This document shows positions 45,000-59,900 of a stretch of DNA of 64,000 bases, piece by piece. The notes beneath the pieces are model-generated. The model had not been told where the DNA came from, made no database searches, and saw only the letters and a program-made list of their open reading frames with translations. The translations under genes and the position numbers were made by a program. Source of the stretch: Strigamia acuminata (lineage: Eukaryota); contig OX442314.1 in the NCBI GenBank assembly GCA_949358305.1, positions 29,140,001 to 29,204,000 of the forward strand, given 5' to 3'. Numbering within the stretch: the first letter of the stretch is position 1; the number at the start of each line of letters is the position of its first letter.

Positions 45000-47900
45000 T
45001 TTAGATTATACTCTCTTTAGTCAGCACCATTTTTGCCTTTTTTCTCGCTACCATTTCGTTAAACCTTATGCAGAGAACCATGGAATGGCGTTAGTAATTT
45101 TATTCATTCATGTTTGACGAGTTTTTAATTCGTTTTCTTTGATTTTTCTTTACAAGTTATGACTTGTTTTGCGGAGATGTTGGGACTTGAACACGGTCGG
45201 CGCCATTTAACGGGTGTTCAGAAATTCTGGTATTGCATTCGTAGATTGTGGAAAAAGGTATGGAAACGTTTGATTTTTTTCTGTTATTTGATTTATTGTT
45301 GTTTGAATTGGTAATTTGTTTTGATTTTGATAGATATTACGATGGATGGGTCGAGATGTCAAGCATTCTACGTCGGATACTGCGTAATTACGAACTACAT
45401 GGTGAAATCTCTCTCGTATTGCAATGTCCCGCTTGTGAACGGAGAATTCACTCTATCAATTAAGATTTAACACTTTTAAAATTTTAAAATTTAAATTCTA
45501 GAATCCCAGACGACAGTATGCCGTCTGCGTATCTCGAAGCCATCGATTCAGCAACTCCGCAAGCGTCGGAATTAAGAATTCCAGAATTACTAGCTGCCAG
45601 TATTAAGTATCAAGCCAGCACAATGAAAAAAAAATAAACAAAAAATATAAAGATTTTTAAAATTTTGAGTGTAGAATGTTCGGCAATTTCGATAATGCCC
45701 TTGTCCAGGATTTATGCAAGAGTATGAAATCACGCATCGTACAAGCGGGAATGCTCATATTTCAACCGGGCGACCTGTACGACTCCATTTTCATAGTCCA
45801 CACGGGCAAATTACGTGTTTACATCATGCAAGTGGTAAAAAAGGAGACTATTTTCATCACGATTCAAAGTGATCGAACATTTTGTCTTTAGGATGGGGTA
45901 GAATTGACTTTAAAAGTGGTTGGATCCGGTGATTGCGTAGCATCCATGTTGAGCTACATCGATATAGTCAGGGTAATGAATAAGCAAACACTGCTATAAA
46001 GACAAGTTTTGGCCTAAAACAAATGCATTTTTCCACGTAATAGGCCTAATTTTGGTCTAATAAACTCATTGCTGCTCATTACGAGTTCAAATTGGGTCAA
46101 AAAATGCATTTGAGCACACAAAAACCTTTAAAAATGCATTATTGCACCTAATAAATCTAATTTAGGCTTTAAATTTGGTCTAAGAATGCATTTTTGCACA
46201 TTAAAAATTAAAATTGGAGCTGAAATGCATTTTAGCATAGAAAACACTAAATTTTAACCTTTAAAAATGCATTTTTGCACCTAAAAAGCCGAATTTAGGC
46301 TATAAAATCCATTTTGGCACATAAAATGTCTCGTTTTGTGTATAAAAACATGTTTTTCAAGTAAATAGGCTCCTGGAGTTGCTTTGCATAGTGTCCATCA
46401 TTTTAGGGTGAACCAACGCACACTTTGGCTCTGTGGGGTAAAGCGGAACAAGATACGGTGATTTTACAAGTTCCTTTGGCCGCGTTACGGGATCTGCTGC
46501 ACCAGCGGCATGATTTGCTCGTGCAATCCGTCCAGTTGATCGCCGTACGGTTGCATCGCATCAACCTGACTGCGCTGTACCATTACATGGGAATGTCGGA
46601 GGAACTTGTCGATCCTGTAAATAATTTCGTACCGATTAACTTCGGTCGGTTAATTCTGATTTGTTGTGATTTTAGCTGCATCGACCGAAGAAATTCTTAA
46701 CGATGTACAATAATTTGCGCAGCGATCCGATAGCGCAACACAGCAGGAAGGATATTCGGTCGCTCAGTCAATGTCAGGTGATCGTTTCTCCATCTGGCAG
46801 TCAATCAATAAATCCGACGTCGCCGCAGAAACCGTCGTTGGCTTCGGTGCCGTCTTCGTCGAGTTCGAGTAATTCCACGACCACGCCTTGGACACCTCTA
46901 GAAGTGTCCGGTTTCTCAAACGGTAATGCTGTTGCAGTTACGGGGTTACCCAGGAGAAAAAGGTTCTGCAGAATTCTGCATGCTTTGCAGAAATACTTTC
47001 TGCAGAAAAGATTACCAAATTCTGCAGAATTCTGCAGAAAAATGTTAACCTTTTCTGCAGAATATTTTCGGCTGGCAATTTTTCTGAAGAATTGTGCAGA
47101 GAAAAAAGATTGTCTGCAGAATTTTTTCGGCAGGCAAATTTTCTGCAGAATTCTGCAGATTTTTTTTTACCTGGGTAACACTGGACGTAACACCGTAAAA
47201 GCTCTCCATTGTTAGACATTAGAGAGTTTGCGGGATGCATTTTTCCCTTATTTTGCTTCACGATACACTATTTTAGTGCCATATCGTAAGGGAAAAATCT
47301 TTAGTGTATCGTTTTCAACACTAAATTAAATTACAGCGCAGCCAATCAGAATTGAGAACACTATATTGTTAGCTCCGCCCATTGCAAATGGCGATTATTT
47401 TGTTGAATGATAAGTGAGGCCCAAAATTGAATTTTAGGCCCAAAACCATACTTTATAGGCATGATAATGGAATTTTATGCAGAAATTTGCACATTTACGC
47501 CCCCAAATTGAATTTTTAGGCCCAAAATTACAAACTGTCAGTAGTTGGCTGAAATAGTGTAGTGATAAGGGAAAAGTGCAGCTCGCAAAAACTTAATTTA
47601 TCATTTTTTTCCTTACACTATTTTTATACCGTATAGTCTTTAACTGTAAGGGAAAAATGCACCCCGCAAACTCTCTACTTTCGTCGTTTTGTTCAATTTA
47701 GATGTTGAGAATTCTCCAATAAAAATAGAAATTTGATCGGATGATAATCATGATTTTCTTAAGAAATATTAGGGGGTTTCATTATATGAATGATTTTGCA
47801 ATTTTGTGATTTTGCATTAATCACAAAATCATTATTTTTTGATGCCTCCAAAAATGGGATTACATTGAATTAACCCAGTCAATTTTGCAATTTTACGAAA

Positions 47901-50900
47901 TGTAAATGAACTTCACGATGGGTGATGAATTGTAAAACAGCAAAAGCGACGGTCGAAATAAAACTTAACAACTTTTAATTTTACTTGAGTTGAAAAATGA
48001 CATTCTTTTTCACAAGTGACGCGTGGTCAGCGAGTTGAGGGTGGAATGTGGGTTACATAGAAAAAACGGGGTCTACATCCGGTCAACAAGGGCCGAAAGA
48101 TACCCAATTTACATAAAAGAGGGCTCTCGAAAAGACCCTCGAGCGATTTATATAACACAAAAAGAACACAGACAATTTAATGCAATAACACAACTGAAAA
48201 GTCAGCAAAAACCATGATGAAACACAATTAAACACGATAATACACAATAAGGCACAATGAATGAAAAAGAACACAAAACACAAAACAAAACACAAAACAC
48301 TTAATTGTAATAAACACAAATCAATCACTAAATTCAATCGATAATTAAACTAAGACAAAATTACTAAAATCAAATACATGAATAAACATTAAAAACAAAT
48401 TAAATCAGTCTAGATTTTACATTGGGGGGGGGGGAATTCAATTAGTCTGAAGCCTCTAAAGAACACAGTCTTTGTACTGGGCGTCTCAAAGTTTTTCCTT
48501 CGGGCAAAGTCAATTCACAAGAGCGTATTTTTTCGTCCCGTCCGATAAAGGTATTTGAAACTCTTGCCATTTTCCATGACATTCGAGGCTGACCTTGTTC
48601 TTGAATGAGAACCAAATCCCCAATTTGAACTTCTTTTGAGGTTCGTACACGACGGAATTCACGAAGCTCGACAAGGTACTCGTGCGTCCAACGACGCCAA
48701 AGCAAATTAATCAAACGTTGACGCAGCTTCCATCGCTTCACGAGCTCGGGTCGAAATGAATTGTCGACACGACTTTCTGGACTGTAGACGTCTGGAAGCG
48801 TGATGAGACGTCCTCCGGTCAAAAAATGAGAAGGCGTCAGCGGTTCTTGCTCCAACGGATCGTCCGTAACGTAAGTGATTGGTCTCGAATTAACCGCAGC
48901 TTCGACCTCTGTCAAAACGGTCGACAGTTCTTCAAAGTCCAACGATGATCGAGCAAGGACTTTTTTTAAGCTCAGTTTAACAGTTTTGACCAGTCGCTCC
49001 CAAAATCCGCCCCACCACGGAGCCAATTCGACGATAAATTTCCACTGTATTTTTTGCTTTGACAAGAACCCCTGGAACAGCTCGTGCGAGAAGCTGTTGA
49101 TGAATAAAGACAAGTCTTTTTCGGCTCGCTTAAAGGTTTTAGCATTGTCTGAGTAGACAATGCCAGGGACTCCTCTTCTTGCAATAAGTCGTTTAAATGC
49201 GAGAATGAATTTCTCCGTAGTGAGATCAGATACAAGTTCTAAATGAACAGCTCGCACCACGGCACAAGTGAACAGAGCGATGTAAGTCTTTTTTCCGTTT
49301 TTAGTGTATAGTGGTCCGGCGAAGTCTATGCCAATAATTTGAAATGGCTCCGCACGATTCACTCTGTCCGCAGGTAGCAGACCGACCGTTTGAGTCATCA
49401 ATTTTGCGTTCACTCTTCGACAAGTCACGCATCGGGAAATCAATGTCTTGATGAATTTTCTTCCTTTTTTAACCCAGTATTTCGCTCTAAATTCTGACAG
49501 AGTGTTGCCTAGTCCTCCATGTAAAGTTCTATGATGACAATCTTCGACTATTAATTTTACAGCCGGTGAATTTGAATCCAAAACGATGGGGCTCACAAAA
49601 TTTTCTATTCCCGTGTTAAAACGTATTCTCGAGTCGATTCGTATAATTTCATTCTGGTCGAGAACTACGGCTACGCTTGCTAGGGGTGAATCGCTTTTCA
49701 GTTTCGTTGAATTTTTCAAGCTATATATTTCCTCCGAAAATCTCTGTTTTTGTATACTGCGCAACCAATAAATTTCGGCTGTTTCTAACTCTTCCGTCTT
49801 TAACGGTCCGATGACTGTTTCGATTTTTCTTGAATTGTGGCAAAATCTCAAAATCCAGGCGGTGATTCGTTTGACTTTGGTCCAACTGCTGTACTTTTCA
49901 ATATCGAAAATCGCCTCTTCACTTGATCGAGTCACATTTACGCGAGTATCTATTTCTTCAATTTCTTCTTCAAAGTTGGACTCTGTTTCTTCGTCGAATT
50001 TTTGTGGCCAATGTGTCTCGTCCTTTTTCAGCCACTCAGGGCCGCTCCACCATTCGATGTCTTGAACCAATTTGTCGGCCTCCATTCCTCGGGTTAACTT
50101 ATCCGCTGGATTGACCTTCCCCGGGCAATGACGCCAACAGGCGACCTCGGTGTTCGTGCGGATTTCGCGGACTCGGTTCGAGACGAATGGATTTGACTTC
50201 TTCTGTTGCTCGCGAATCCAGAAATATGTAATGGACGAATCGGTCCAGTAGAAAACACGCTGAATTTCTAACTTCTTGAGTTTCACGGCAACTCGCGACA
50301 GCAGCAATGCGCCCATCAATTCGAGTTTGGGCAGCGTTAAAGACTTCAGTGGTGCAACGCGCGACTTCGACATACAGAGTGTGACTTCTACGGATGTTTC
50401 ATTTTTTGTTCGAATGTAGACCACGACTCCATATGCTTTGGGGCTTGCGTCGCAAAACAAATGCAATTCACGATCTGGATTTGATTGTTGTCCAGCGCTG
50501 TAATGTCGAGGAACGGCAATTTTTCTTAGCAATACGACTTGTTGTCGCCAACTTGACCATTGTTTTGAAATGTCGGGGGGTAATGGCGAATCCCAACCTA
50601 TATTTCGAGTCCATAATTCCTGGAACATCAGTTTGCCGACAATTACGAATGGTGTCGCAAATCCTAATGGATCGTAAATCCTTGCCACGGACTGAACGAT
50701 CAAACGTTTTGATTCCTTGAGTTGATCTTGTGCGTCAGCCCATTCGCCTATTTCGAGCAGGAGGTGGTCGGTTATAAAGTTCCAGATCAGTCCCAACACG
50801 GACGTCGAGTGTTTGTCGGCGTCGACCAGATTTGCGTCCGACGGAATTTCTCTCGCAAAAAGTTCTCGCAAGCTTTGTGAGTTCGATTGCCATTTGCGTA

Positions 50901-53900
50901 GGGGCATGTGCGCTTCCATCATCAATTTGCGAGCTTCGTGGAATATTTTTTCCACCTCCCCTTCGGATTTGGCGCAACCGAGCAAGTCGTCGACGTAAAA
51001 TTTATCTTTGATTTGAGCAACTGTTTCTTCATATTTTTCACGCATGTTGTCGAGATGTAGTTGAATTGAGTCGTTTAAAAGGTAGGGACTTGATTTGACT
51101 CCGAATACTACTCTTTTCTGGCGCATAACTCTGGGCTTCACAAACTGCCGACCGTCCCATTCTTCCGGTGTCCAAAGGAAACGAACGAAATCCCGATCTG
51201 CCATTCTCAGCAATAGCTGTAAAAACGCCTTTTCTATGTCCGAAAGATAAGCAAATGGTTCTTTTCGAAACAAAATCAGCAATATAAGTATTTCTGGCAG
51301 CAAATTAGGACCGCTGTCCAGGCAATCGTTCAGTGAAAGTTCATTTTTTCCTTTAGCTGAGGCATCGAAAACGATCCGAATCTTTGTCGTGACGCGATCT
51401 TCTTTAATAACGGCTCGGTGTGGCATGTAGTACGAATTTTCATGTTGCGGTTCATTAACTTCTTCGATTATTCCATCACGTATTTGATCGTCGAAAATTT
51501 GTTTGTAGGCGGCGTAGAATCCTGGATTTTTCTTAAATTTTCTTACCAGATTCCAAAAACGTTTCTCAGCAATTTCGTAATTATTGTGAAGTTTTCTCGG
51601 TTCGACCAACCACGGCAATGCGACGACGTATCTTCCTTCTTCTCTCGTCACTTGTTCGCGAAAACGAATTGCGCAGGAATTTCGATCGGTCAATGTTTCG
51701 TCTTCACTCTCGTGGCGAATGCCGATGGATTCGAGCTCCCAGAATTTTTTCAGACTCTCGTCCAGTCGCTCCTCGAGACGCACACTGCACACGCGGGTGA
51801 CTAGTGTGGACATTGTCGTGACATTTATTGATGACCCCATCAAAGTCCAGCCAAATAGCGTCTCTATGGCGATCAAATTTTCCTCGATTTTTCGTATGCA
51901 TCCCGTAAGTATCTTCGCGATACAGTCTGCGCCTAAAAGAATAAAAATATCGCAATTAGTATTGTTTCCAGAATCAATCACGATTTGATCGCGTTCGAGG
52001 GCGGCTCGTAAGCCAGCCTGCAATTTGGTACAAATGGGTTTTGTAATCCATGGCGTTTCAAGCGCATTAACGCAGAGCGATCGATTTTTGTCGCCAACAT
52101 TGCACAATTTGAGTTCAAATCGATTTCCTTTAGTGTTCAACGGTGTCTGATTTCCAAAAGTGTGCACGTTTAAATGTTCTTCTCCATTCGGCTTCAAATG
52201 CAAGTCTTTTGCCAAACTAGCCAGTACGAAGGAACTCTGGCTTCCCGGATCGATCAAACACTGCACGATGGACTCACGAGATTCGTTTTGAATTTTTACG
52301 AATATTGTTGCCAATGTTGCGGTTGGAGGTTGTGCGTACGCAGCGAGGTTTTCGTTTGTTGATACGAGCAAAGTGACTTTTTCTTTTGGCGTCTCAGATG
52401 GGCCTTCGCACACGAGTTGGTTGTGATGGCGTTGACACAGTTTACACGTAACACGGAAGGTGCAGTTTCGAGACGAATGTCCTTTTTTTAAGCATTTGAA
52501 ACAGCGACCTTCCTTTTTAACGAACTCTTTACGTTCGGTTGCGGTAGTCAAACACCCGTCACGCTCATGAGTCTTGTTGCAAAACATGCAATTAGTAATT
52601 GTTGTGCTCAAAACACGAGCAGACGGCACACGATTGGGTTTTTGATTGGATTTGTCTACCTCAATTTTTTCAGGTTTGCTTTTCTCTGTTGAGCGGTGAA
52701 GATCTTGAAAGTTCTCAATTTTATTGTGGTGCACGAGTTCGTTACGCACCATGTCCAACAAATCTTTAGCTTTGTATTTCCCGTCGGGATATTGACGTGA
52801 AAATTCCAGCGAAATTTGTCGTGGCACTAGTCCTAGAATGAGTGGACACGCTGTTGCGTCAATGGCATCAACATTCATATTTGCCGCATTCAGACCGCGT
52901 ACGTGTGTTTCACACTCATCGTACAATTTTTGAAGAGGAATAGGATCGAGAATATCACGTACGGGTTTCATTTTCATTAGGGAGCGTAAATGTGCGCTGA
53001 GAAGAACATCTGTACGGCCAAAGCGTTCGAGCAACAATTTTTTAGCGATCGGATAGTTTTCATTTGTTGGCGGTAATCCCTTCAACACGAGTGCTGCTTC
53101 TCCATCCAAGAGCGACTTTAAATACACCAATTTACTTTGCGCAGAAATGTTCGTTTTGGTGTCAATTGAGATCTCAAAATTACCCCAAAAGTCAGCCCAG
53201 TCCAGCGGATCTCCTTTGAATTTAATTGTGTCGTACTTGGGCAGTCGCATGGGTGAGTCTTGTGGCACACTCGCGGTCCCGTGGTAATTATTTGTTATCG
53301 GCGGGAGTACAGGTGTGGTTGGGGGCGCGATGAAAGTAATTAGCGCCTCGTCGATTTCGACACCACAATCAATAATTTTTTCGTGATATTCAGTCTCGGA
53401 TCGAGTGATTTCTTCATCTATCTCTTGTTCGTCGGTGAGCATGGCCAAGATTTTGGCGTCGAGCGATTTGAGTTCATTTGATTTTGCTTGTAGATGCACT
53501 TTTATCTTTTTTAAATCGAGTTCATTTATAGGTATACCAGCGAGAATTGTTTTGGCCTTCGTTATAGTTGTGGTGGTCAGCCTACGGGTTACTGCACGCT
53601 GAGCCTTCAACACGGCGAGGTCGTCGGCCATTGTTAAATTCGAGATGCTACTTGCAGTTTTTTCAGATTGAAGTTACGAGTTTGTTCCCTGGAAAGATGT
53701 CCCGGGTTTCGGCACCAATTTACGAAATGTAAATGAACTTCACGATGGGTGATGAATTGTAAAACAGCAAAAGCGACGGTCGAAATAAAACTTAACAACT
53801 TTTAATTTTACTTGAGTTGAAAAATGACATTCTTTTTCACAAGTGACGCGTGGTCAGCGAGTTGAGGGTGGAATGTGGGTTACATAGAAAAAACGGGGTC

Positions 53901-56900
53901 TACATCCGGTCAACAAGGGCCGAAAGATACCCAATTTACATAAAAGAGGGCTCTCGAAAAGACCCTCGAGCGATTTATATAACACAAAAAGAACACAGAC
54001 AATTTACCGTACTGCCTCGATTTAACGCCGGTCGTATCTAAACGCCGGCTCCTGATTAAGCGCCGGGCAAACTGAGGACGAAATGGCAATAAACGCCGGC
54101 CTTAAATGAACGCCGGGTTTGTTTAAACGCCGGGTTGAAACGTTTTTTAAACGTTTTGAGAGGTCTTTTGGTCGAAACATCGAAGAATAGCTAGCAATGA
54201 GTGGCTTTCCAATTTTTTTTTTTCGGGTAGACGCCCGGCGCGAATAATCGCCGGGCTTTGAATGAACGCCGGGGGGGTCAACTAGAAAAAATGAATAAAC
54301 GCCCCGGCGTTAAATCGAGGCAGTACGGTAATGCAATAACACAACTGAAAAGTCAGCAAAAACCATGATGAAACACAATTAAACACGATAATACACAATA
54401 AGGCACAATGAATGAAAAAGAACACAAAACACAAAACAAAACACAAAACACTTAATTGTAATAAACACAAATCAATCACTAAATTCAATCGATAATTAAA
54501 CTAAGACAAAATTACTAAAATCAAATACATGAATAAACATTAAAAACAAATTAAATCAGTCTAGATTTTACAGCAATTGTGTGATCTGGACAACTTTGTG
54601 ATTTTTGAGTATTGTCATGTGATATCTGTTCTACCAATCACATTCACATTCACTAAAGCACAAGTGAGTGAAAACACAAAATCTCAAAAACATCTAAAGG
54701 TAGTTTTTTGTGATTTTGATAAAAAGTGATTTTGAGGCTTGTGAAACTCAAAACAAAATGGAGGCATCCAAGCTCTATCTAAGTGACCAACTTGTATCCT
54801 TGTATATCATCAATATGCTGATGCATCCATGACTGTATAACAGCTAGGAAACTCAATTAATGGCTCTGGTGCAATCTGTGAAACTTATATTTATTAAAAT
54901 GTACCTTTTTAAAAAAAATTTTGTTCCATCACACAAATACAGGGTGAGTCAAAAGTCTGAAAAAACCTTTTTTTCTTGAAAATAACCGAAGATATATCAA
55001 TTCTATTGATGTAGGCATATAGGAAGTTGATGGTGGGCTATCCAGTGGTGATCTTAAATTTGACCCAGAAGGTCATCTTCAAGGTTATTCACTTTCTAAC
55101 TTTTAAACCATTTAAGATACAGCAAAATTTCCAATTACAAAGTTGTAGAGCACCATCAAATTAGTATTATCCAACCAATCTTAGTCACTTTAAGTAAAAT
55201 TGTTTTTTTTTTAAAAATGAAAACACATCAGCAAATTGAAATTTTTTATTCCTATAAAAATAAAATAATTTAGACATTAAAAAAAGACAGTGGTTTTACT
55301 TGTTTACTTACATAATAATGCAAATTTTAATACATTTATTGAAGAAATTCAGTACTTTTGCAGTAGAAATTTAAGTTTTGTCACAATGGCTGGCTTTACT
55401 TCAGCTGATTTGTTTTCATTTTAAAATGAAAACATTTAAATTAAGATGTCTAAGATAAGTTGGATAGTACTAATTCGATCGTGTTCTACAACTTTGTAAT
55501 TGGAAATTTTGCTGTATCTTAAACGGTTTAAAAGTTAGAGAGATGACCTTATGGGTCAAATTTAAGGTCATCACTGAATAGCCTAGGTGTTAGATATATT
55601 CGCATTACATAACAATGTTTGATATTAAGCATATTGTATACCTACAGTGACTCAAAAAATTGTTCACATGTTTGTAGTAGTATTGTTAATTGGCAAAAAA
55701 AAGACTTATAATGATTTCTCAGAAAGGAAATATTTAAAATTTTAACACAAATAGCTCCTGATCTTTCAGAAAAAGTAAATAATTTTTAAAAATTTCAAAA
55801 AACAAAAAAGATATGACCGAAAAAGCATCGTTCTTTCATGTGAACAATTTTTTTGCTGCTCCAATGTGATTGATTTTTGGTGTTGGAGTCACTGTTATTG
55901 TGCAAGTATATTCGAAATTGGGGTTATATAGCAACATTATGTATCATAGCTGTATTTTAAACATTAGAAATCATGATGTGCCCTCTCTCATTGGAAAAAC
56001 GACAAAATGTTCTAGCATTAGTTGAAAAAGGGATTTCTGTTCGAAAAATTGCTGCAGAAGTCAGAGTTAGCATTGGAATTGGATGTGTGTCTAAAATTCG
56101 CAAAACATATGCTTTAGATGCAAAAAACCAAAATTAGGTCGCCCAAAAATTCTAACAGCCACACAGGAGCGAAACATTGTTAGGGCAGTTACATCAGTTC
56201 GCCTAGATACAGCTGTAGACATGCAAATTGATCTTGCTAAACATCACAACAATGTTGTTAGTGCTCAAACTGTACTAAATGTGCTAAAGAGAAATAGATT
56301 GAAGTCATCAGTCAATGTTAAAAAGCCGTTATTAACAGCTCGTCATAAACGCCTCAGAATGGAATTTGCCCAAAAGTACAAAGACTGGACAATATACGAT
56401 TGGAGAAGGGTTATTTTCTCAGATGAAACAAAGATTTACCATTTAGGAAGTTATGGGCGCAAAGGGTGCTGGAAAAAACAAAAATCAGCACTACAATTGC
56501 ACTAGATGATCCCAACAGTAAAACATGGAGGTAGATTCTTAATGATTTGGAGATGCATAACTGCTAATGAAACACAAAATCTTGATAGTATTGATGGAAT
56601 AATGAATGCAGAATTGTATTGCACTATTCTTAAAGAAGATTTGATGAGAACATTAAAATACTACAAGCTTAAAACGAAAAATGTAGTGTTTCAACATGAC
56701 AATTGAAAAGAGAATTGAAAAGGTTTGGGACACAATAAGTAAAGGCACATGTCTAAAGTTAATTGACAGTATGCCCCAACATATTTCTGAAGTTCTCAAG
56801 GAAAAAGGAGGTCATACACAACATTAAAATCCATGAAAGTTCTATGGCAAAATAATTGTTTACATGAAAGAACGATGCTTTTTCGATCATATCTTTTTTG

Positions 56901-59900
56901 TTTTTTGAAATTTTTAAAAATTATTTACTTTTTCTGAAAGATCATGAGCTATTTGTGTTAAAATTTTAAATATTTTCTTTCTGAGAAATCATTATAAGTC
57001 TTTTTTTTGCCAATTAACGATACTACTACAAACATGTGAACAATTTTTTGAGTCACTGTAAATCTATTGTTACATTAAATCAGATGTTCTTGTTTGGTTG
57101 CAACTAAATATGTAAACGTGTGTGGATTCTTTCCCAGTTTGGGATCTCTGCCCTATTCTACAACACTAGGTACCATCGACTTCCTATATGACCACATCAA
57201 TAGAATTGACATATCTTTGGTCATTTGCAAGAAAAAAAGGTGTTTCCAGACTTTTAACTCACCCTGTAGAACTAGTTATTTTGCATCACATTTTGTCATG
57301 AACCGGTTGTTTCTGATCTTTGAAACCGCGTTTGAAAGACGCGCCAGTTACGATACAAGAGAGCCTGGTCCCGAATAAGGGCCCGGCAACGTTAAGCAGC
57401 CTGAAGTGTGGCGGCAAGCTTAACCCCCTATTCGATCATGTTACGAATTATTACCGAGTTTGTTGGAGTCTTAAAAGTGGAAGAAATAATGCTCACGTGC
57501 GGACTTAACAACGCAAACGTGGCTTAGGCTAATCTGGCAGGGACCCCTAATGGCGGAGCGGCCAGACCGAGCAAGCGCGCACTAATCGCGCGCAAAAGAC
57601 AAAATAAACAACTCATTAGCTACTTGAATCTAACTTCTAGTCCTTCGGCACGTATCAGCGGCATAAAACACAAAAGAACATCGAAAGGAAAGGAATCAAA
57701 GATGACACGCGGAATTTAGACACGCGATATGATAATGTAGATCCTCAAACACGCAGAGTTAACTTGCATGGAGTTACTGCGAATTAACACAGGAAAAGTC
57801 GCCAAATGCACAATGGCCAGTTAAGGCACTTACGATAGCTCATGGTCTTACGCCTTCTGATCAGACTTGGCTGAAACAGCTCAGAAGTGAACTTGGGCCA
57901 AGTCCATCACAGAAAACGAGGGGAGAACCATGAGTCAAGCACGCGTAAGCCAATCAGGCGCGCTCGTGAATAATCATCGCGATGAGTCAGTCGCGAGTGA
58001 CTAAATATTTAAATCAGATAGGATAAACTAAACGAAATTAGGAGGGGTAACAGTAAGAATTACCTGACATAGACCAGTCTGATGTGACCAAATTGAGCCA
58101 CACCAGACCAGGTCAAGGGATAAACATGAATAGGAAATGAAGGTAGGACAAAACTCAAATTATATTTAGGCTTAGGATTTATTAAGAGTTTTAAACAATG
58201 GAACACACGGGATACGCGTAAACAGAACACAACAATTTGGTGACAATTTTAAAATTGGTTGGATATAACTAAAACCCAATATGGTGGATAGGAAGTCATG
58301 TGACTATTTAAATAATTGCAAAATTGCAAAATCATGAGATTGTTTTTGCAACTAATTGTTAATCACAATTTGTGATGGCCACTTGGATTGAGTTTGGTTG
58401 CTGCCATTTTGCCAAAATAGCAAAACTACCTTTGATTTTGTGATTGTGTATTTTTTCTGTTTTGTGTTTTTGCAATTATGCACATGATTGGTGGAACTGA
58501 TATCATGTGACAAATCCAAAAGTGCAAAATTGCTAAAGTTGCAAAATTACAAAATTGCTTAATTAATGAAACCCCCTATTGATTGTTTTCCGGGTAATAT
58601 TGATGATTTTTGGGTAAAATTGATGTTTTTCCGGCTAATATTGATAATTTTTGGGTAAAATTGATGTTTTCCGGCTAATATTGATAATTTTTGAGTAAAA
58701 TTGATGTTTTTCCGGCTAATATTGATGATTTTCCGGGTAATATTGATGATATTTGGGTAAAATTGATGTTTTTCCGGCTAATATCGATGATTTTCCGGGT
58801 AATATTGATGATTTTTGGGTAAAATTGATGTTTTTCCGGCTAATATCGATGATTTTCGGGTAATATTAATGATCGACAGGAAAATTTTGATTATTTTCCG
58901 ATTATAAACAAATTTATTTTTGATAAATATAACTTACAAGGAATGAATATGATTTTTTTTGGTAAATCAGCATTCTTAAGAAAAAATAAAAATTTCCAAG
59001 AAAAAAAAAACAAAAACAACACATTTATTCAAACCCCACCACCCAATATAAGACAACACTATTAACCAATAGTAAAAGCCACAAAGAATCACCAAATAAC
59101 ATTTTCCATATCCCAATTAATTTAATTTTCCAGAATACCCACCCATGAACACAACCAAACTGATCAAAGAAAGCCAAATCAAACGAAGTCAATCATTGCT
59201 GCTTGTACCCGGCAGACACACCGTAACGATCCGGGAAGAAGCCGAAAGCGACTCGGCCGAAGACTTGTTGAAGAACGACGACGAACCCAAATCCCCCGTC
59301 GTACCGATACCGATCAATTACAAAGCGCACGCTCGAGAAAACATGTGCAGAATCCTCGGCTTGGACAACGACAACGAGTTAAAAAACATGATAGAACTTC
59401 GGGATTTTCCGGCCGGCACTTTCGTCTTGCGCGATACTTCGGACAACGTAAAATCCACGAATTTGCAGACATAAATTTTTAATTAATTTTTAAAACAAAT
59501 GTGATAATCCAGGACGTGTCGCTCATTTTTATTATCCACGGGCCGCTGATCGTGATGCAGTATCTGTCGGACACGGAGGGTTCCAGACCCATCACGTTTG
59601 TGACGCTGGAGAACGAAGCGGTCGGCGGAATGTCGGTCATTTCGGGCGAGAAAGTGGCTTTGACTATCACTGCCGAGCAGCCGAGTAAAGTTGCTGTGAT
59701 TTCTCGATATAATGTTCATAAGTAAGGGGTTTTTGGTGCTTTATAGTCGTTGTTTTTATTTTTTTTTTGGACTTTTCTAGGCTGATTAGTTCGAAACCCG
59801 AAGTTGTGTTGCATATCGCCGCTTTGACTGCGCAGAGGTTTTCTATATTTGTACGCGAAGTGGATTTTGCTTTGGATTGGACGATGTTGGAATCTGGAAA

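Larger units (their letters stand above)
47892..54572 (-). mobile_element. Full-length BEL/Pao LTR retrotransposon
   Basis: LTRs 47892-48421 (530 bp) and 53719-54572 (530 bp plus a MITE). 5-bp TSD GCAAT; PBS TGGTGCCGAAACCCGGGA (tRNA-Phe); single polyprotein ORF. Confidence 0.96.
54940..57266. mobile_element. Non-autonomous Tc1/mariner-type foldback element (CAGGGTG termini) containing a Tc1 insertion
   Basis: ta|cagggtgagtcaaaagtctg ... cagacttttaactcaccctg|ta with ~95-bp imperfect TIRs. A second inverted pair lies at ~55050-55240 and ~55400-55580. Confidence 0.82.
47771..58577. mobile_element. Outer non-autonomous TIR (foldback-like) element hosting a nest of younger insertions
   Basis: TIR AGGGGGTTTCATTA / TAATGAAACCCCCT flanked by ATT on both sides (or TA if the ends are read 1 bp inward). 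The segments ~54580-54635 and ~58480-58545 are also inverted counterparts. Confidence 0.7.
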
